From contig JALTLO010000094.1 in assembly GCA_027001995.1 (NCBI GenBank), positions 1 through 31,277 on the forward strand: 31,277 nt of DNA, written 5' to 3'. The notes beneath the pieces were generated by a model, which was not told the DNA's origin, searched no databases, and was given only the letters and a program-made list of their open reading frames with translations. Positions 1 through 9,866 of this stretch are shown piece after piece; the stretch's first letter is position 1; every line of letters starts with the position of its first letter. Both the position numbers and the translations under genes were made by a program. Source of the DNA: Planctomycetota bacterium. Its GTDB lineage: Bacteria > Planctomycetota > GCA-002687715 > DRQF01.

Positions 1-1320
1 GTTCTCTTCTTTGCCAAAAACCTGATAGAAGGCGTGCGTGACGTTAAACCGGCCAAAATGGCCTTCACCGGCCCAACCGAAGTAGAAGGCATCAACCTGT
101 TTCTGCCGGGCAATTCCCACAGGCTGTGGACGTGTCAAAAAGTCATTCACGTTAAAGTGAACCGACCGTTGGTCATGATTCCAATGAAAGGAGATCATGG
201 CATTGTAACCTTTGAGCAAGAAATCTTGTCGATAGAGATTGGCGATGAAAACCTGTTGATCACGATCGTCGAATGAGTTCAATTCTGAGTTCGTATCTTT
301 CTCCAACATGTTGAAGAAGACAGCGTTGTACTGCCATTTATTGTCGTCGGCATTACCGAAGAGACGAACGCCCGCGTTGATGTCGTCAAACACAAAGCCC
401 CGGAAATCGCTACGAAAAGCAAAGATTCCTATCTCACTTGACATGAAATCGTAGCGATCATTCCAAGTGAACAAGTGAATCTCGATCAATGCTTCTTGCA
501 GAGAAATGTCACCAGTCAGGCGGTTCTTGCCGTCCTTCACATTTGGATTCACACCACCCAATTCGTTGATATTCAGACTGGTAAAATCCAGAACAGGTGT
601 AATTCGAATGCGCCAATCGACTGGCTTGAAGGCCTCTTGTCCTTGAAAAAAGTCAAAAGTGATGGCGGTCTTCGCCGTCATGAACAACTGATTGCCATTG
701 CCAAAGAAGCTGGCGTTATTCGCTCCAGGCCCGGTGATACCCCGAGCCGTTGGGAGGTTGCGACCTTCAACCGTGATTTTTTCAGTCAGGGTAAAACGGA
801 AGAAAAAGTCATCATCGTCCAAAGGAAAATCGCCTTTCAAGACATTTTGACGATACGGATCCCAGAACTCATCACCAGGTTCATTGATCTCATAGATCGG
901 CGGATTGAGAAGAGCCCAAGGGTTTCGGTACCAACGACCCTCAAAGCCCTTCAAGGAATCAACATCAATGAAGTGGGTAACCTTTTCTGGCGCTAAGTCC
1001 CGAATGGCTTGCTCTTTCTCTTCATCCTGATGTGCAGAATTCGCGCCTGAATCGGCGTTTCCTGCCTCTTCCTGGGGATTCGCATCGTTGCGAATACTCA
1101 CGAGCATGGCATCCAAATGATCGCGCTCAGCGTTCTTCCTCCGGAGCTCACTCACGGTTAAACCGCCACGATTTTGCCCCTTCCGAGACTCTTGTTGGCT
1201 GCATACAGAAGAACTCGCCGCCCATGGGCCAAGTTCACTGCCAGTTGCAATGCGGTTGCCGGAGATTCCGACAAGAAATGCAAACATGAATGTTGCAGTA
1301 GCCTGCAATCTGGTCGCCAT
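1..1320 (-). CDS. Putative outer-membrane beta-barrel / exported protein, partial (3' end runs off the left edge)
   Basis: Not in the ORF track because there is no stop in the window. Manual translation from ATG 1320 (GGAGAG just upstream, in-frame TGA a few codons further up) reads MATRLQATATFMFAFLVGISG... and continues to base 1. Later segments have aromatic-rich alternating beta-strand patterns (FAFRSDFRGFVFDDINAGVRLFG, KWQYNAVFF, DAFYFGWAGEGHFGRFNVTHAFYQVFG). Confidence 0.75.
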   Translation of the reverse strand, partial: MATRLQATATFMFAFLVGISGNRIATGSELGPWAASSSVCSQQESRKGQNRGGLTVSELRRKNAERDHLDAMLVSIRNDANPQEEAGNADSGANSAHQDEEKEQAIRDLAPEKVTHFIDVDSLKGFEGRWYRNPWALLNPPIYEINEPGDEFWDPYRQNVLKGDFPLDDDDFFFRFTLTEKITVEGRNLPTARGITGPGANNASFFGNGNQLFMTAKTAITFDFFQGQEAFKPVDWRIRITPVLDFTSLNINELGGVNPNVKDGKNRLTGDISLQEALIEIHLFTWNDRYDFMSSEIGIFAFRSDFRGFVFDDINAGVRLFGNADDNKWQYNAVFFNMLEKDTNSELNSFDDRDQQVFIANLYRQDFLLKGYNAMISFHWNHDQRSVHFNVNDFLTRPQPVGIARQKQVDAFYFGWAGEGHFGRFNVTHAFYQVFGKEEN

Positions 1321-1616
1321 CAAACTCTCCCATTTCCAAACTCACCCGAAGTGATCGATCTCATCGAACCGCTCTTCTCTTGGGTCTATGAAAACAGACA
1401 AATCATGACGACCGCCCAACCTCAAGACCCAAGCCCGTGAATAACATGCGAAATCGGGAGCCCGGTCAAGAGAGAGATCGGAAAAAATTTTACAATGGGG
1501 TAGCCACTTGGGAATCACTCCCCTATCTTGGCCCTCGGAATAGTGAGGCTCACTCCCACGGCCAGATGCTGTTGCTAGCCCGACTTGTTCACGAGTGACT
1601 GCGAGGAGAGAATGAA

Positions 1617-3539
1617 ATGACCTGGTTTAGATCGGCACGCATTTGTTTGGCTGCCTTTTTTATCGCTGCAATTTGTATCCCACTCAATAGCTGCGGTGGT
1701 AGCGGCAGTGGTGACCAATTGATCCTTCCTACTTTTTCCGCAATCGCAGTTGATGGCCTTTCTGCAACGTCTGACCAGGTCGCACCTTTGACCCCAGCCG
1801 AGATCGACATTCTTATCTCCCGTGCAGCCCAAGCCATTGACACCCCAGGCATGATCGTTGCGGTGGTCGATCGCGTCGGCCGCCCATTGGGGATTTGGTC
1901 GCGCAATCCGGCTCCTACGGAAGATGACGTGAATATCGCCGTTTCCATCGCCCGTACGGGAGCATTCATGAGCTCCAGCCAAGGGCCCATCACCACACGC
2001 ACCCTGGAATTCATCAGTACTTTTCATTTCCCCTCCGTTTTTGGTGACCTCACCCGCAATCCGATTCCCAACAATGCCTTCACCTTGGCGCCAAGCTTGG
2101 CGTCTCAGCGGGAAACCGTGGCCGTAGCCCAAACGCCTCAAGGGCCTCTTTGGCAAATCTTCTCATCGAACCGCGGAGCTCCCTACGCGGGGCAAGACAT
2201 CACCAATGCCGGTTTGGGAGGGGCGGTCCCCACCCAGTACAGTGCCCCATCCAACGGCTTCACTGACATGCGCCTGCCATCACCTGGCCGCGTAGACATC
2301 AATGGCAACCTCATTCCGAACATGCCCGGAACCGGTTTGACTTATCTCTCTGGGGGAATCCCCATCTACAAGAAAACTCCCGATTCCATCAACAATGTAG
2401 GAACCCCACCAACGTTCCCTGCTCGAGTCGTAGGAGGCATGGGGGTCTACGCTACAGATGCCGCCGGAGTACCCCAGCCAGATGCCGCCGAGTTTGCTTG
2501 CATCTTTGGCTTGGGTGCCATCGACCTCAACGGCGTGAAGAAGGCGGAGACCAACTTTGGAGCTCCGGCGAACATGTTGATGAATGCCCCTCAAGACCTC
2601 AACTTCTTCTTCCCTTTCTCCGCCGTGCCCCCAGCAGGTTTGATCTTCTTGGTGGGTGTCACCCTGCCCTATGTTGGCGACCCCGTGCGTCCAACTGGCA
2701 TCAACCCCGGTACATTCGCCAACGATGGGGTGAATGGTTTGGTTCTCAAGGGTTCGATTGAAGGAATGCAGCAACCATTTGGCTGGATCATCGGCCCCAC
2801 AGCCGACCCCTTAGGCAACCTGACTCAAGCCGACGTTCAACGTATTGTGGACCAAGGTATCGCCTATGCTGATGGAACGCGGGCGGCGATCCGAGTTCCC
2901 AATGGCAGCGCCACTAAAATGGTATTCGCCATTACCAACCTCAACGGAGAAATCCTGGGAGCCTTCCGCATGGAAGACGCACCTGTATTCTCCTACGACG
3001 TCTCCATTACCAAGGCACGTTGCGTCACCTACTTGTCGAGCTATCCGGGAGGAAACCCCAATATGGACCCCGCTGATGCTCAGATCTTAAACGCTGCCAA
3101 CATCCCCACAGGAATCGCCGGGACTCCTGGAGAGTTCGGCGTTGCCATCACAACACGGACCTTGGCCTTCTTGACCCAACCATTCTTCCCACCAGGGATT
3201 GACACCTCTGGCACCAAACCAGGCCCTCTCTTCCCCTTCGCATCACAAAATGCAGATCCGAACCAGTTCAACCTGATGGCCAATGCCGCCCCCAATCCAG
3301 GATTCCAAAGTGGTGTCATTTTCTTCCCTGGAGCTGCGCCGCTCTACAAAAATGGCTCGCTGGTTGGTGGTTTCGGGGTTTCCGGCGATGGTGTTGAGCA
3401 AGACGACTTTGTGACTGCCGGTGGCTACACTGGTTTCGAACCACCGGCTGCAATTCGCGCCGATCAATTCAAGTTTGAAGGAATCCGCCTGCCCTATTTC
3501 AAATTCCCCCAGTTCCCTGGGCCCGGCGGCAAATTCTAA
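1617..3539 (+). CDS. Exported (probable lipo)protein with two GlcG/HbpS-like (heme-binding family) domains
   Basis: Signal peptide ending LNSC-GGSGSG. Two copies of the GlcG pattern: LTPAEIDILI..VAVVDRVG..SIARTGA..GGIPIYK..VVGGMGV and LTQADVQRIV..FAITNLNG..TKARCV..PGAAPLYKNGSLVGGFGVSGDGVEQDD. GAGGAG upstream. Confidence 0.75.
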   Translation: MTWFRSARICLAAFFIAAICIPLNSCGGSGSGDQLILPTFSAIAVDGLSATSDQVAPLTPAEIDILISRAAQAIDTPGMIVAVVDRVGRPLGIWSRNPAPTEDDVNIAVSIARTGAFMSSSQGPITTRTLEFISTFHFPSVFGDLTRNPIPNNAFTLAPSLASQRETVAVAQTPQGPLWQIFSSNRGAPYAGQDITNAGLGGAVPTQYSAPSNGFTDMRLPSPGRVDINGNLIPNMPGTGLTYLSGGIPIYKKTPDSINNVGTPPTFPARVVGGMGVYATDAAGVPQPDAAEFACIFGLGAIDLNGVKKAETNFGAPANMLMNAPQDLNFFFPFSAVPPAGLIFLVGVTLPYVGDPVRPTGINPGTFANDGVNGLVLKGSIEGMQQPFGWIIGPTADPLGNLTQADVQRIVDQGIAYADGTRAAIRVPNGSATKMVFAITNLNGEILGAFRMEDAPVFSYDVSITKARCVTYLSSYPGGNPNMDPADAQILNAANIPTGIAGTPGEFGVAITTRTLAFLTQPFFPPGIDTSGTKPGPLFPFASQNADPNQFNLMANAAPNPGFQSGVIFFPGAAPLYKNGSLVGGFGVSGDGVEQDDFVTAGGYTGFEPPAAIRADQFKFEGIRLPYFKFPQFPGPGGKF

Positions 3540-3563
3540 CTCGACCAACTCCAACGAATCATG

Positions 3564-3601
3564 ATAGGAGCTCACCTCATTCGAAGTGGGCTTCTATTTT
3601 T
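3564..3601 (+). terminator. Probable intrinsic terminator
   Basis: ATAGGAGCTCAC..GTGGGCTTCTAT forms a 12-bp stem (two G-U pairs) running into a T tract. It lies between two convergent genes. Confidence 0.6.
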
Positions 3602-3614
3602 GTCGCCAAAGCTG

Positions 3615-5351
3615 TTAGATGAGGCCGAATTCGAGAAGCAGCAGAGCAATCACCACCCATGCTAGGACAGAAGTCAAGATAGCAAGAGGCTTCCACTTGC
3701 TGTTGGGCGCGACCGGAGGCAATTCGCCAGATTTGGCCGCTACAAGGGCTTCTCGCCATTGCTTAACGCTGATCCGCCCCTCAAGAACCAGTTTTTCCCC
3801 TGGATGCTGATTTTCCTTCGTGCAAGCCTGCCAGAGATTCTCAGCCAAACCCGTGGGCACCAGCCTTTGGGTCACCAAATAACCAAGAGCTCCATGGTAG
3901 AACCCATGATCAGGCTCATTCATGAATTGATCACGATCCGTGACAAAGAGAGCTTGGACATCACCAATCATGATCCATGTGTCCAGTTTTAGCTCAGCCA
4001 TCTTCATCACCTGCAGACGACTCCCATCTACGGCGGTCCCATTGCGACTGCCACAGTCCTCAAGAAAAAAACGACCTTCCCGGTGAATCACAACGGCGTG
4101 CCTCGCGGACACGTTTTCATGGCTCAAGGCGCAATCTACAGGCTCAGACTTCGAATCGCTGGCCCGACCGATGCTAAAATTGTTCTTAGTGATGAAGCGA
4201 CAATCTTTGAAATCCGCATGGCAGAAAATCAAACGCGGTCGCATCATAGCCAAGCGCTGCTCCAAGGCCGCGTTTTCTGCAGGAGTATCCGTTGGGCTTG
4301 AAACAAAAGAGTCCATGGGTGGGGAGTCTGTAGAAGCAGGCTTTTGGCTGACAACCGTGGCGTCGCTGCTTTCGCTGCTTGGGAACGTCAACGGCATTCC
4401 TTGCTCCGGCCTATCCGTATCAGCGGAGGCGTTGGGCGACATGTTTGGCGAAAGAACTGTGGCCCCATTCGGATCGACAACTCCGGAAGGCGCTACTCTG
4501 TCCGTATCCGCTTGTTCATCAGCATGAGGCAGTCTGGGCGGCGGCGGAGCTGAGAAGATTGTCTCTTCATCCGGGTCAGGGCCCTTCCCATCCCAGGAAG
4601 CCTGATACTTCAGATCCGAATTGGGTGCCAAGTCATGCAAATCCAAATTGGTCGTCTTCGCTTCTGACTCCACATCAGAAACGATATCCGCGATTCGGTT
4701 GCTGCTCGTTTTTCCTTCGGAATGACAAGTGCCTGCCTCTGAAGCCAACATTTCTGCTTCAACTGAGTCTGATGAACCTGGAGGATCCACAGCCGGAATA
4801 GAAACCAAAGTGGACTCTACGCCGGTGGTCTTCCCTGGAAGAGGCTCTCCCAGGACACGGAGGGTCTTGGTGTCGAATTCAGGGAACTCCTCTTCTGAGG
4901 TAATCCCAGAATCTGATCCCAAACCTGGAGCAAGACCAGAGTGGGGCGCCAAAATCGGCCCAACCAGGGCACCGTCGCGAGGCAGCTCCAAAGGCGAAAG
5001 TGGCCTCACGGCAGGTTTCTTTGGTTCTCCATCTCCCGTCTCTTCAGGAGACTCGCAAACGACGAACTCCACCTGCCCCACCTTAAAACGAACACCGACG
5101 GTCAATTTCCATTCGTCGTTTTCACCGAGACTCGGCCCGTCGAAGATGTGAGTTCTGTTGGAACTGCCCAAATCGACCAAATAGAATTCATCATCCCGCT
5201 GGACGATCTTGGCGTGGCTCCCTGAGACTTTCGAATCATTCACAACAACGTCGTTGTGGAACTCCCGGCCGATCGTCAAATCTACCCGTACCGTCGCCTT
5301 TCGAGGAGGATTGCCCCCAGGCTCAATGATTTCAAAAAAAAGGCCAGCCAT
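3615..5351 (-). CDS. Membrane-anchored protein with two FHA domains
   Basis: FHA motifs TIGR..VSGSHA..DLGSSNRT and SIGR..VSARHA..DCGSRNGT, separated by a long acidic Pro/Ser/Thr linker. C-terminal hydrophobic helix (LAILTSVLAWVVIALLLLEFGLI). Confidence 0.85.
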   Translation of the reverse strand: MAGLFFEIIEPGGNPPRKATVRVDLTIGREFHNDVVVNDSKVSGSHAKIVQRDDEFYLVDLGSSNRTHIFDGPSLGENDEWKLTVGVRFKVGQVEFVVCESPEETGDGEPKKPAVRPLSPLELPRDGALVGPILAPHSGLAPGLGSDSGITSEEEFPEFDTKTLRVLGEPLPGKTTGVESTLVSIPAVDPPGSSDSVEAEMLASEAGTCHSEGKTSSNRIADIVSDVESEAKTTNLDLHDLAPNSDLKYQASWDGKGPDPDEETIFSAPPPPRLPHADEQADTDRVAPSGVVDPNGATVLSPNMSPNASADTDRPEQGMPLTFPSSESSDATVVSQKPASTDSPPMDSFVSSPTDTPAENAALEQRLAMMRPRLIFCHADFKDCRFITKNNFSIGRASDSKSEPVDCALSHENVSARHAVVIHREGRFFLEDCGSRNGTAVDGSRLQVMKMAELKLDTWIMIGDVQALFVTDRDQFMNEPDHGFYHGALGYLVTQRLVPTGLAENLWQACTKENQHPGEKLVLEGRISVKQWREALVAAKSGELPPVAPNSKWKPLAILTSVLAWVVIALLLLEFGLI

Positions 5352-5477
5352 GGATCTTCATAGTCCTCTAAGTCAAAATGCCTACACCAGCAGCCTACCG
5401 AAGTCAGAGGCCGAGTTCGAAGAGAAAAGCGCGGATCAAATACCGGTCTGACAAGGAAATAGGGAGAATTCATCCAG

Positions 5478-5783
5478 GTGAGCCATCAAGATCGCCAGTT
5501 CAAGCGGGTCATCGAGGATTTCTGTTGCCTATTCTGCGGCGAGAGCATCCGGGGTAACGGTTACACAAACCATTGCCCTCACTGCCTTCATAGCTGCCAT
5601 GTGGATGTAAATCCCGGCGATAGAGCAGCCCAATGCAGTGGACTCATGGCCCCGGTTCAGGTGAAACAAGACGGCAAAAAGGGGATCATGATTCTACACC
5701 GCTGTGAATCCTGCGGTCATGAGAAATGGAATCGGAGCGCCCCCGACGATGATGTCGAGCAACTGGGTTACTTGATGCATTGA
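5478..5783 (+). CDS. RNHCP-domain protein (small Cys/His-rich, putative metal-binding)
   Basis: FCCLFCG..YTNHCPHCLHSCHVD..PGDRAAQCSGLM..HRCESCG matches the RNHCP family pattern. GTG start with GGGAG upstream. Confidence 0.85.
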   Translation: MSHQDRQFKRVIEDFCCLFCGESIRGNGYTNHCPHCLHSCHVDVNPGDRAAQCSGLMAPVQVKQDGKKGIMILHRCESCGHEKWNRSAPDDDVEQLGYLMH

Positions 5784-5796
5784 AGGAGATGCAGCC

Positions 5797-7074
5797 TCAA
5801 AGCCCCGCTTCTCCCAAGACTCGGAGGAGTGCGGTGCGCCGACGGTAGCGATCTTTGAAAGCATCCAACGTTCGCTGAAACGCCGCCGTCTGGCCTATGG
5901 CCTCCGAAGCACTTTGTACCGTACCCAACCACTCTGCGGCCAAACGGTATTGGGGCAAGCGAGCTTTCTTCATCAAATGATGAGCGGCCACAACGAGCCA
6001 GCCAGCGGCCTTCAAAGTATCTGAATCAATGAGCAAGTCGGCGGCTTGAGCTAACAGATAGGGGTCAATGGGCCGAGTCACCACTAAAGCGTCTGCTTCA
6101 AAAATCATGCCCTCTTCTAGGTAGAGCTGAAACGCTAGGTCCAAGTGGACATCCGATTTTTCTAACTCGCCAATGAGCTTGCGGGTCAAATCTTCTCGAT
6201 TTTCTTCGGCCACCAATTCGACGGCCTCCTCCAGGGCACAGACACTCGGCGCTCGCAAGAACTGCTTTTGGGCTTGGGCCAAATGTTCTTGGCGCCCTTC
6301 CTGCCGTCGAACAATGCCTTCGTACAATTCCCGGACTCGGTTTTGCCTTGGCGCTTTGGGATTTCTGAGAGCCCGACGGGCCACCTCCGTGGCCTCCTGG
6401 TCGAGGCCAGCACGAACCAATGCTTGGACGTACTCCACCGCATCCCCCGTCGCTCGGCAATAGGCCGAAGCAACAAGAACAGAATATTCGGCAACGCCCC
6501 GCATATAGAGGACCTCCCCTAAGAGACGATCAACCCGATGACGATCGGCCTGCAAAATCGACCGGTCCAAGTCAATCTTTTGGCCCAGGGGAGCTGGGAA
6601 GACCAAAGGCATATGGCGAAGTTGCTCAACACAGATACGTGTCAAGAGTTCTTCATCCAATGGCGACGTCACACAGCTCAAGAGTACTTCATCAAGCTCA
6701 CTGAGAAAGCCCGTGTCATCTCCCACCCAAACGCAAAAGAGACGTTCGAAGACGTCAAATCGGTCAATCAAACTCACCGGATCGTCGGCACTTTCAGTCA
6801 ACAGGTCAACAGCAACGGCGCAGACTTGATGAAAACCTCGTTCGATGCCCCCCAAGCGATCATCCAAATCCATGAGTTTTGGAGGCAAGGTCTCGATGAG
6901 ATAAAGAACGACATCCACAACCACCTCAGGTTCCAGTTCGGAAGCGGATCGCAATTGACGAGACAAGGCCGTCAAGTCAGAGACTAAGCGACGCTCAGGT
7001 TGCTTAGACCGCAAGCGGCGAAGTATCTGACCGATATTGCGTTTGAAAGTTCGAAATGTTTCTGGAGCCGACAT
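5797..7074 (-). CDS. Hypothetical all-alpha-helical protein
   Basis: 425-aa ORF with helical-repeat-like composition. The C-terminus (YRRRTALLRVL) loosely recalls the helical tail of SWIM-associated proteins; no diagnostic motif seen. Confidence 0.6.
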   Translation of the reverse strand: MSAPETFRTFKRNIGQILRRLRSKQPERRLVSDLTALSRQLRSASELEPEVVVDVVLYLIETLPPKLMDLDDRLGGIERGFHQVCAVAVDLLTESADDPVSLIDRFDVFERLFCVWVGDDTGFLSELDEVLLSCVTSPLDEELLTRICVEQLRHMPLVFPAPLGQKIDLDRSILQADRHRVDRLLGEVLYMRGVAEYSVLVASAYCRATGDAVEYVQALVRAGLDQEATEVARRALRNPKAPRQNRVRELYEGIVRRQEGRQEHLAQAQKQFLRAPSVCALEEAVELVAEENREDLTRKLIGELEKSDVHLDLAFQLYLEEGMIFEADALVVTRPIDPYLLAQAADLLIDSDTLKAAGWLVVAAHHLMKKARLPQYRLAAEWLGTVQSASEAIGQTAAFQRTLDAFKDRYRRRTALLRVLGEAGL

Positions 7075-7125
7075 GGGAGATATTCTGGCATACGGGGGGA
7101 CCGCTGCAAAGTCATCCCTATTTGG

Positions 7126-8109
7126 TTATTCACCCAGGTGATCCGACATGAACCTCAAGTCGGAAATCTTCGGATTGATGTGGATTCCTTTGAATTCAAT
7201 GCGGGTGGATATCCCGGCATCCAAATCATGCACCAAAACTTTCGTCCACCGTTTTTGAATACCAAATGACTTGGGTTCGGTGAACAGAACTTGCCTCTTG
7301 ACGACCCCCGCAGCACTCAGAAATTCTAATCGTGACAACAAGTTATTATCGGAACGAAGATAGACTCGTACTTGAGGTTCATCCACAGTTGCCGAAGAGT
7401 TAAGGAGATAGACGAAGTGCACCTTCTTGCCGATGACCTTCTTTTCGAGGAACTTCGCTCGCAAAATCGTGAGGTCCAAAGGGGTGAGGTCGGCAAAACG
7501 AATGGCTGACTCGGCCAAACGCGCCGCACCATTGGTGGCCGAGACTGTTTTGGCCTCGGGAAGATAGAGCCACCACTTCGTCACCCCTTTTGGTCCCAAC
7601 CGATAGAGCCTTGTCCCCGGCGGCAAGTCACCTCGCCGCTGGTAAGTAAACCGCTGGGCAATAGATCCGTCACGCGATCGCCGGATCTCAACCTTAAGAG
7701 AGGCCCGAAAAATCTCTCGTTTGCCTATGCTAACCTGGGCCTCACCCTTCCATGTTTCCGTGCGGGCTGACCTCATCAGGGAGCGCCGCATTTTCAAACG
7801 ACGCTCCGCCGCCTTCAAGGTGGTACGATCAGGGCGTACCGGCCCCTTGGAGGGCACTCCTGGCACCCCCGATCCCCCGCCAGAAGGTGTTCCCGTGATG
7901 GGTGTCTTACTGCCATCCTTGCCTCGTCTGCGGTCAAGAATTCGCTTCGATGGTGCTGGGGGCTTAGTTCTTGGAGCGGGATTCGTACCAGGTCTGGCGG
8001 TTGGAGGACGGGCGGCAGGCCGTGGAGGGACCACAACCGGCCTTTGAGCCGAAGCGAGGGGCAAGAAGGCCGTGAGAGACACGATCGCTAAGATGGTACG
8101 CCAGAACAT
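7126..8109 (-). CDS. Exported LolA-like (outer-membrane lipoprotein-sorting family) protein with Pro-rich N-terminus
   Basis: Start moved to ATG 8109 (AGGAG upstream; signal peptide MFWRTILAIVSLTAFLPLASA). WWLYLPEAKTV..LAESAIRFADL and the C-terminal KISDLRF fit the LolA-like family. Confidence 0.6.
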   Translation of the reverse strand: MFWRTILAIVSLTAFLPLASAQRPVVVPPRPAARPPTARPGTNPAPRTKPPAPSKRILDRRRGKDGSKTPITGTPSGGGSGVPGVPSKGPVRPDRTTLKAAERRLKMRRSLMRSARTETWKGEAQVSIGKREIFRASLKVEIRRSRDGSIAQRFTYQRRGDLPPGTRLYRLGPKGVTKWWLYLPEAKTVSATNGAARLAESAIRFADLTPLDLTILRAKFLEKKVIGKKVHFVYLLNSSATVDEPQVRVYLRSDNNLLSRLEFLSAAGVVKRQVLFTEPKSFGIQKRWTKVLVHDLDAGISTRIEFKGIHINPKISDLRFMSDHLGE

Positions 8110-8363
8110 GAATTTCTCCTTGGACCTGCCAAGTGATTGTCTGTCCAGGCACAAACAACAATCACCACGATATATGGCACGGGGCCTCAAATCTCGAAAA
8201 AGGACCACCCACTCACCTCTTTGACGATCAGCTCATGGAGACGTAACGTCAAATTCAAAACAAAAATTCGAGTTCCTTCGCCTATTCAGCTCAGTGCTTG
8301 GATAATCTGGGGCAGCCGCCTCTGGGTAGTGAGTGGCGAAGTGCATGGAACAAAGAGACTTAA

Positions 8364-9806
8364 ATGACTGATAAAAATATACTTACGATCATTATCCTAA
8401 CACTTCTCAGTGTTTCCGCTTGCGCACAGACACCCAAAGGCCGGATTGAGTCAGCCCGGTCAGAACTCAAAAAGCTCGAACGACAAGCGGAGAACCTGCC
8501 TCAGGCTCCCAAGCTGGATCGAACTTGGATTGCCACACCAAAACCGGCGCTCTCGGAATTGGCCGCAACAATTTACCGTTTCGCCAAGACCAACAGCGAC
8601 CTCGACTTGGCCCCCCGGGCCTTCATTTTAGAGGCGGAAGTCCGCATTGCGAACGGTGATCCAGCTTCGGCCATTGCGGCTACAAAGCATGCCGCTAAAC
8701 ACCGCCGAGCCGGAGAGTTTCACAAGATCCGCTCCTTGAGTCTCAGTGCTTCAAGTCGATTCAAATACGGTGATTTCAAGGGTGCCCAAGCCGATTTGGA
8801 AACACTGCTCAAGGACTACCCAAGTAGCAATTCTGCCCAAGACTGGAGGGCTCTATTGGAACGCTGCAAAACGGATGAAGCTGAGCAGACGAAGGACCTC
8901 AACCGATTAGGTCTTTTGCGGAAGAATAAGATTATCCGCCCATCTGGTCGCTCCCTTGGCCGAGCTCTTCGTTTCGCAGCCACCTTCCCCTTGGCCCAGG
9001 CCAGTCAAATCATTTTGGAGGGTGCTATCATGGCCCTCGCCAATGCCAGCGCTCAGCAGAAAATGACGCCGTGGGAACGTCTCTCTCATTATTGGCCAGA
9101 GTCAAACATGTGGGCCAATACCACAGCCTTCGTCGTCGGCGAGTTTGCCCGGGAAGGGGAATATGAAAAAGCCCATTTCCACACGCTCAATTTATTGAAT
9201 CATTCAGAGCTTCTGAAAGGCAAGCAGGCAAACCAACTCCAGAAACTAGAGGTCAGCCTGAAAGCGAGGCTCAGATCTATTAACCTCCGCCCCTTGGAAG
9301 TGGAACCCAAAACGAAACGAGTCCGTTTGGCTCATTTTCTCAAATTTGCCAAGCCCTATGCCGACCAAGACATGGTGGCATCCTTGGCGGAAGGCTTGAG
9401 GACCGACTACCCCACCATGAGCGAACTGCCTCACGTCACATGGATCTTGGCCCGTGCTTTGGCCAAAGAGTTCCCCGAGAAATCACTGACCCTGTTTCGG
9501 GAAATCGCCGAAAAGAACGCCAGTTCCCGATGGGGTTACGATGCTTTATTGGAAGCAAAAAACACGATCATGGCAACGGAGGGCCCAGAGGCCACAGAAA
9601 CCTGGCTCGCGAGCATCGCAGACAATTTCAAACGTTCAGATCACCGGATCAACATCGCACTTTTTCGGGCTGAACTCTTAGACAAGCTCGATCGCTGGGA
9701 AGATGCCAAGGCTCTCTTGCTTCCTCTACAGGAAAAGGCCTTCGGCTCCTTGAAAGATGAAATCACAGAACGCATCGCTACCTACGAGAAGAAGATTGGC
9801 AACTAG
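8364..9806 (+). CDS. TPR-repeat lipoprotein
   Basis: Lipobox VSAC. TPR-like helices (GDFKGAQADLETLLKDYPSS; ALFRAELLDKLDRWEDAKALL). Confidence 0.7.
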   Translation: MTDKNILTIIILTLLSVSACAQTPKGRIESARSELKKLERQAENLPQAPKLDRTWIATPKPALSELAATIYRFAKTNSDLDLAPRAFILEAEVRIANGDPASAIAATKHAAKHRRAGEFHKIRSLSLSASSRFKYGDFKGAQADLETLLKDYPSSNSAQDWRALLERCKTDEAEQTKDLNRLGLLRKNKIIRPSGRSLGRALRFAATFPLAQASQIILEGAIMALANASAQQKMTPWERLSHYWPESNMWANTTAFVVGEFAREGEYEKAHFHTLNLLNHSELLKGKQANQLQKLEVSLKARLRSINLRPLEVEPKTKRVRLAHFLKFAKPYADQDMVASLAEGLRTDYPTMSELPHVTWILARALAKEFPEKSLTLFREIAEKNASSRWGYDALLEAKNTIMATEGPEATETWLASIADNFKRSDHRINIALFRAELLDKLDRWEDAKALLLPLQEKAFGSLKDEITERIATYEKKIGN

Positions 9807-9866
9807 ATAATCACCGGACGACTCACGGCTTTGAGACCATCAGGGGCACAGAAACGAGACCGGAGT

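Noticed and set aside
1379..1433. 9-bp inverted repeat CTTGGGTCT/AGACCCAAG as a riboswitch or leader RNA
   Set aside because: A single stem with a long loop and no recognisable riboswitch consensus.
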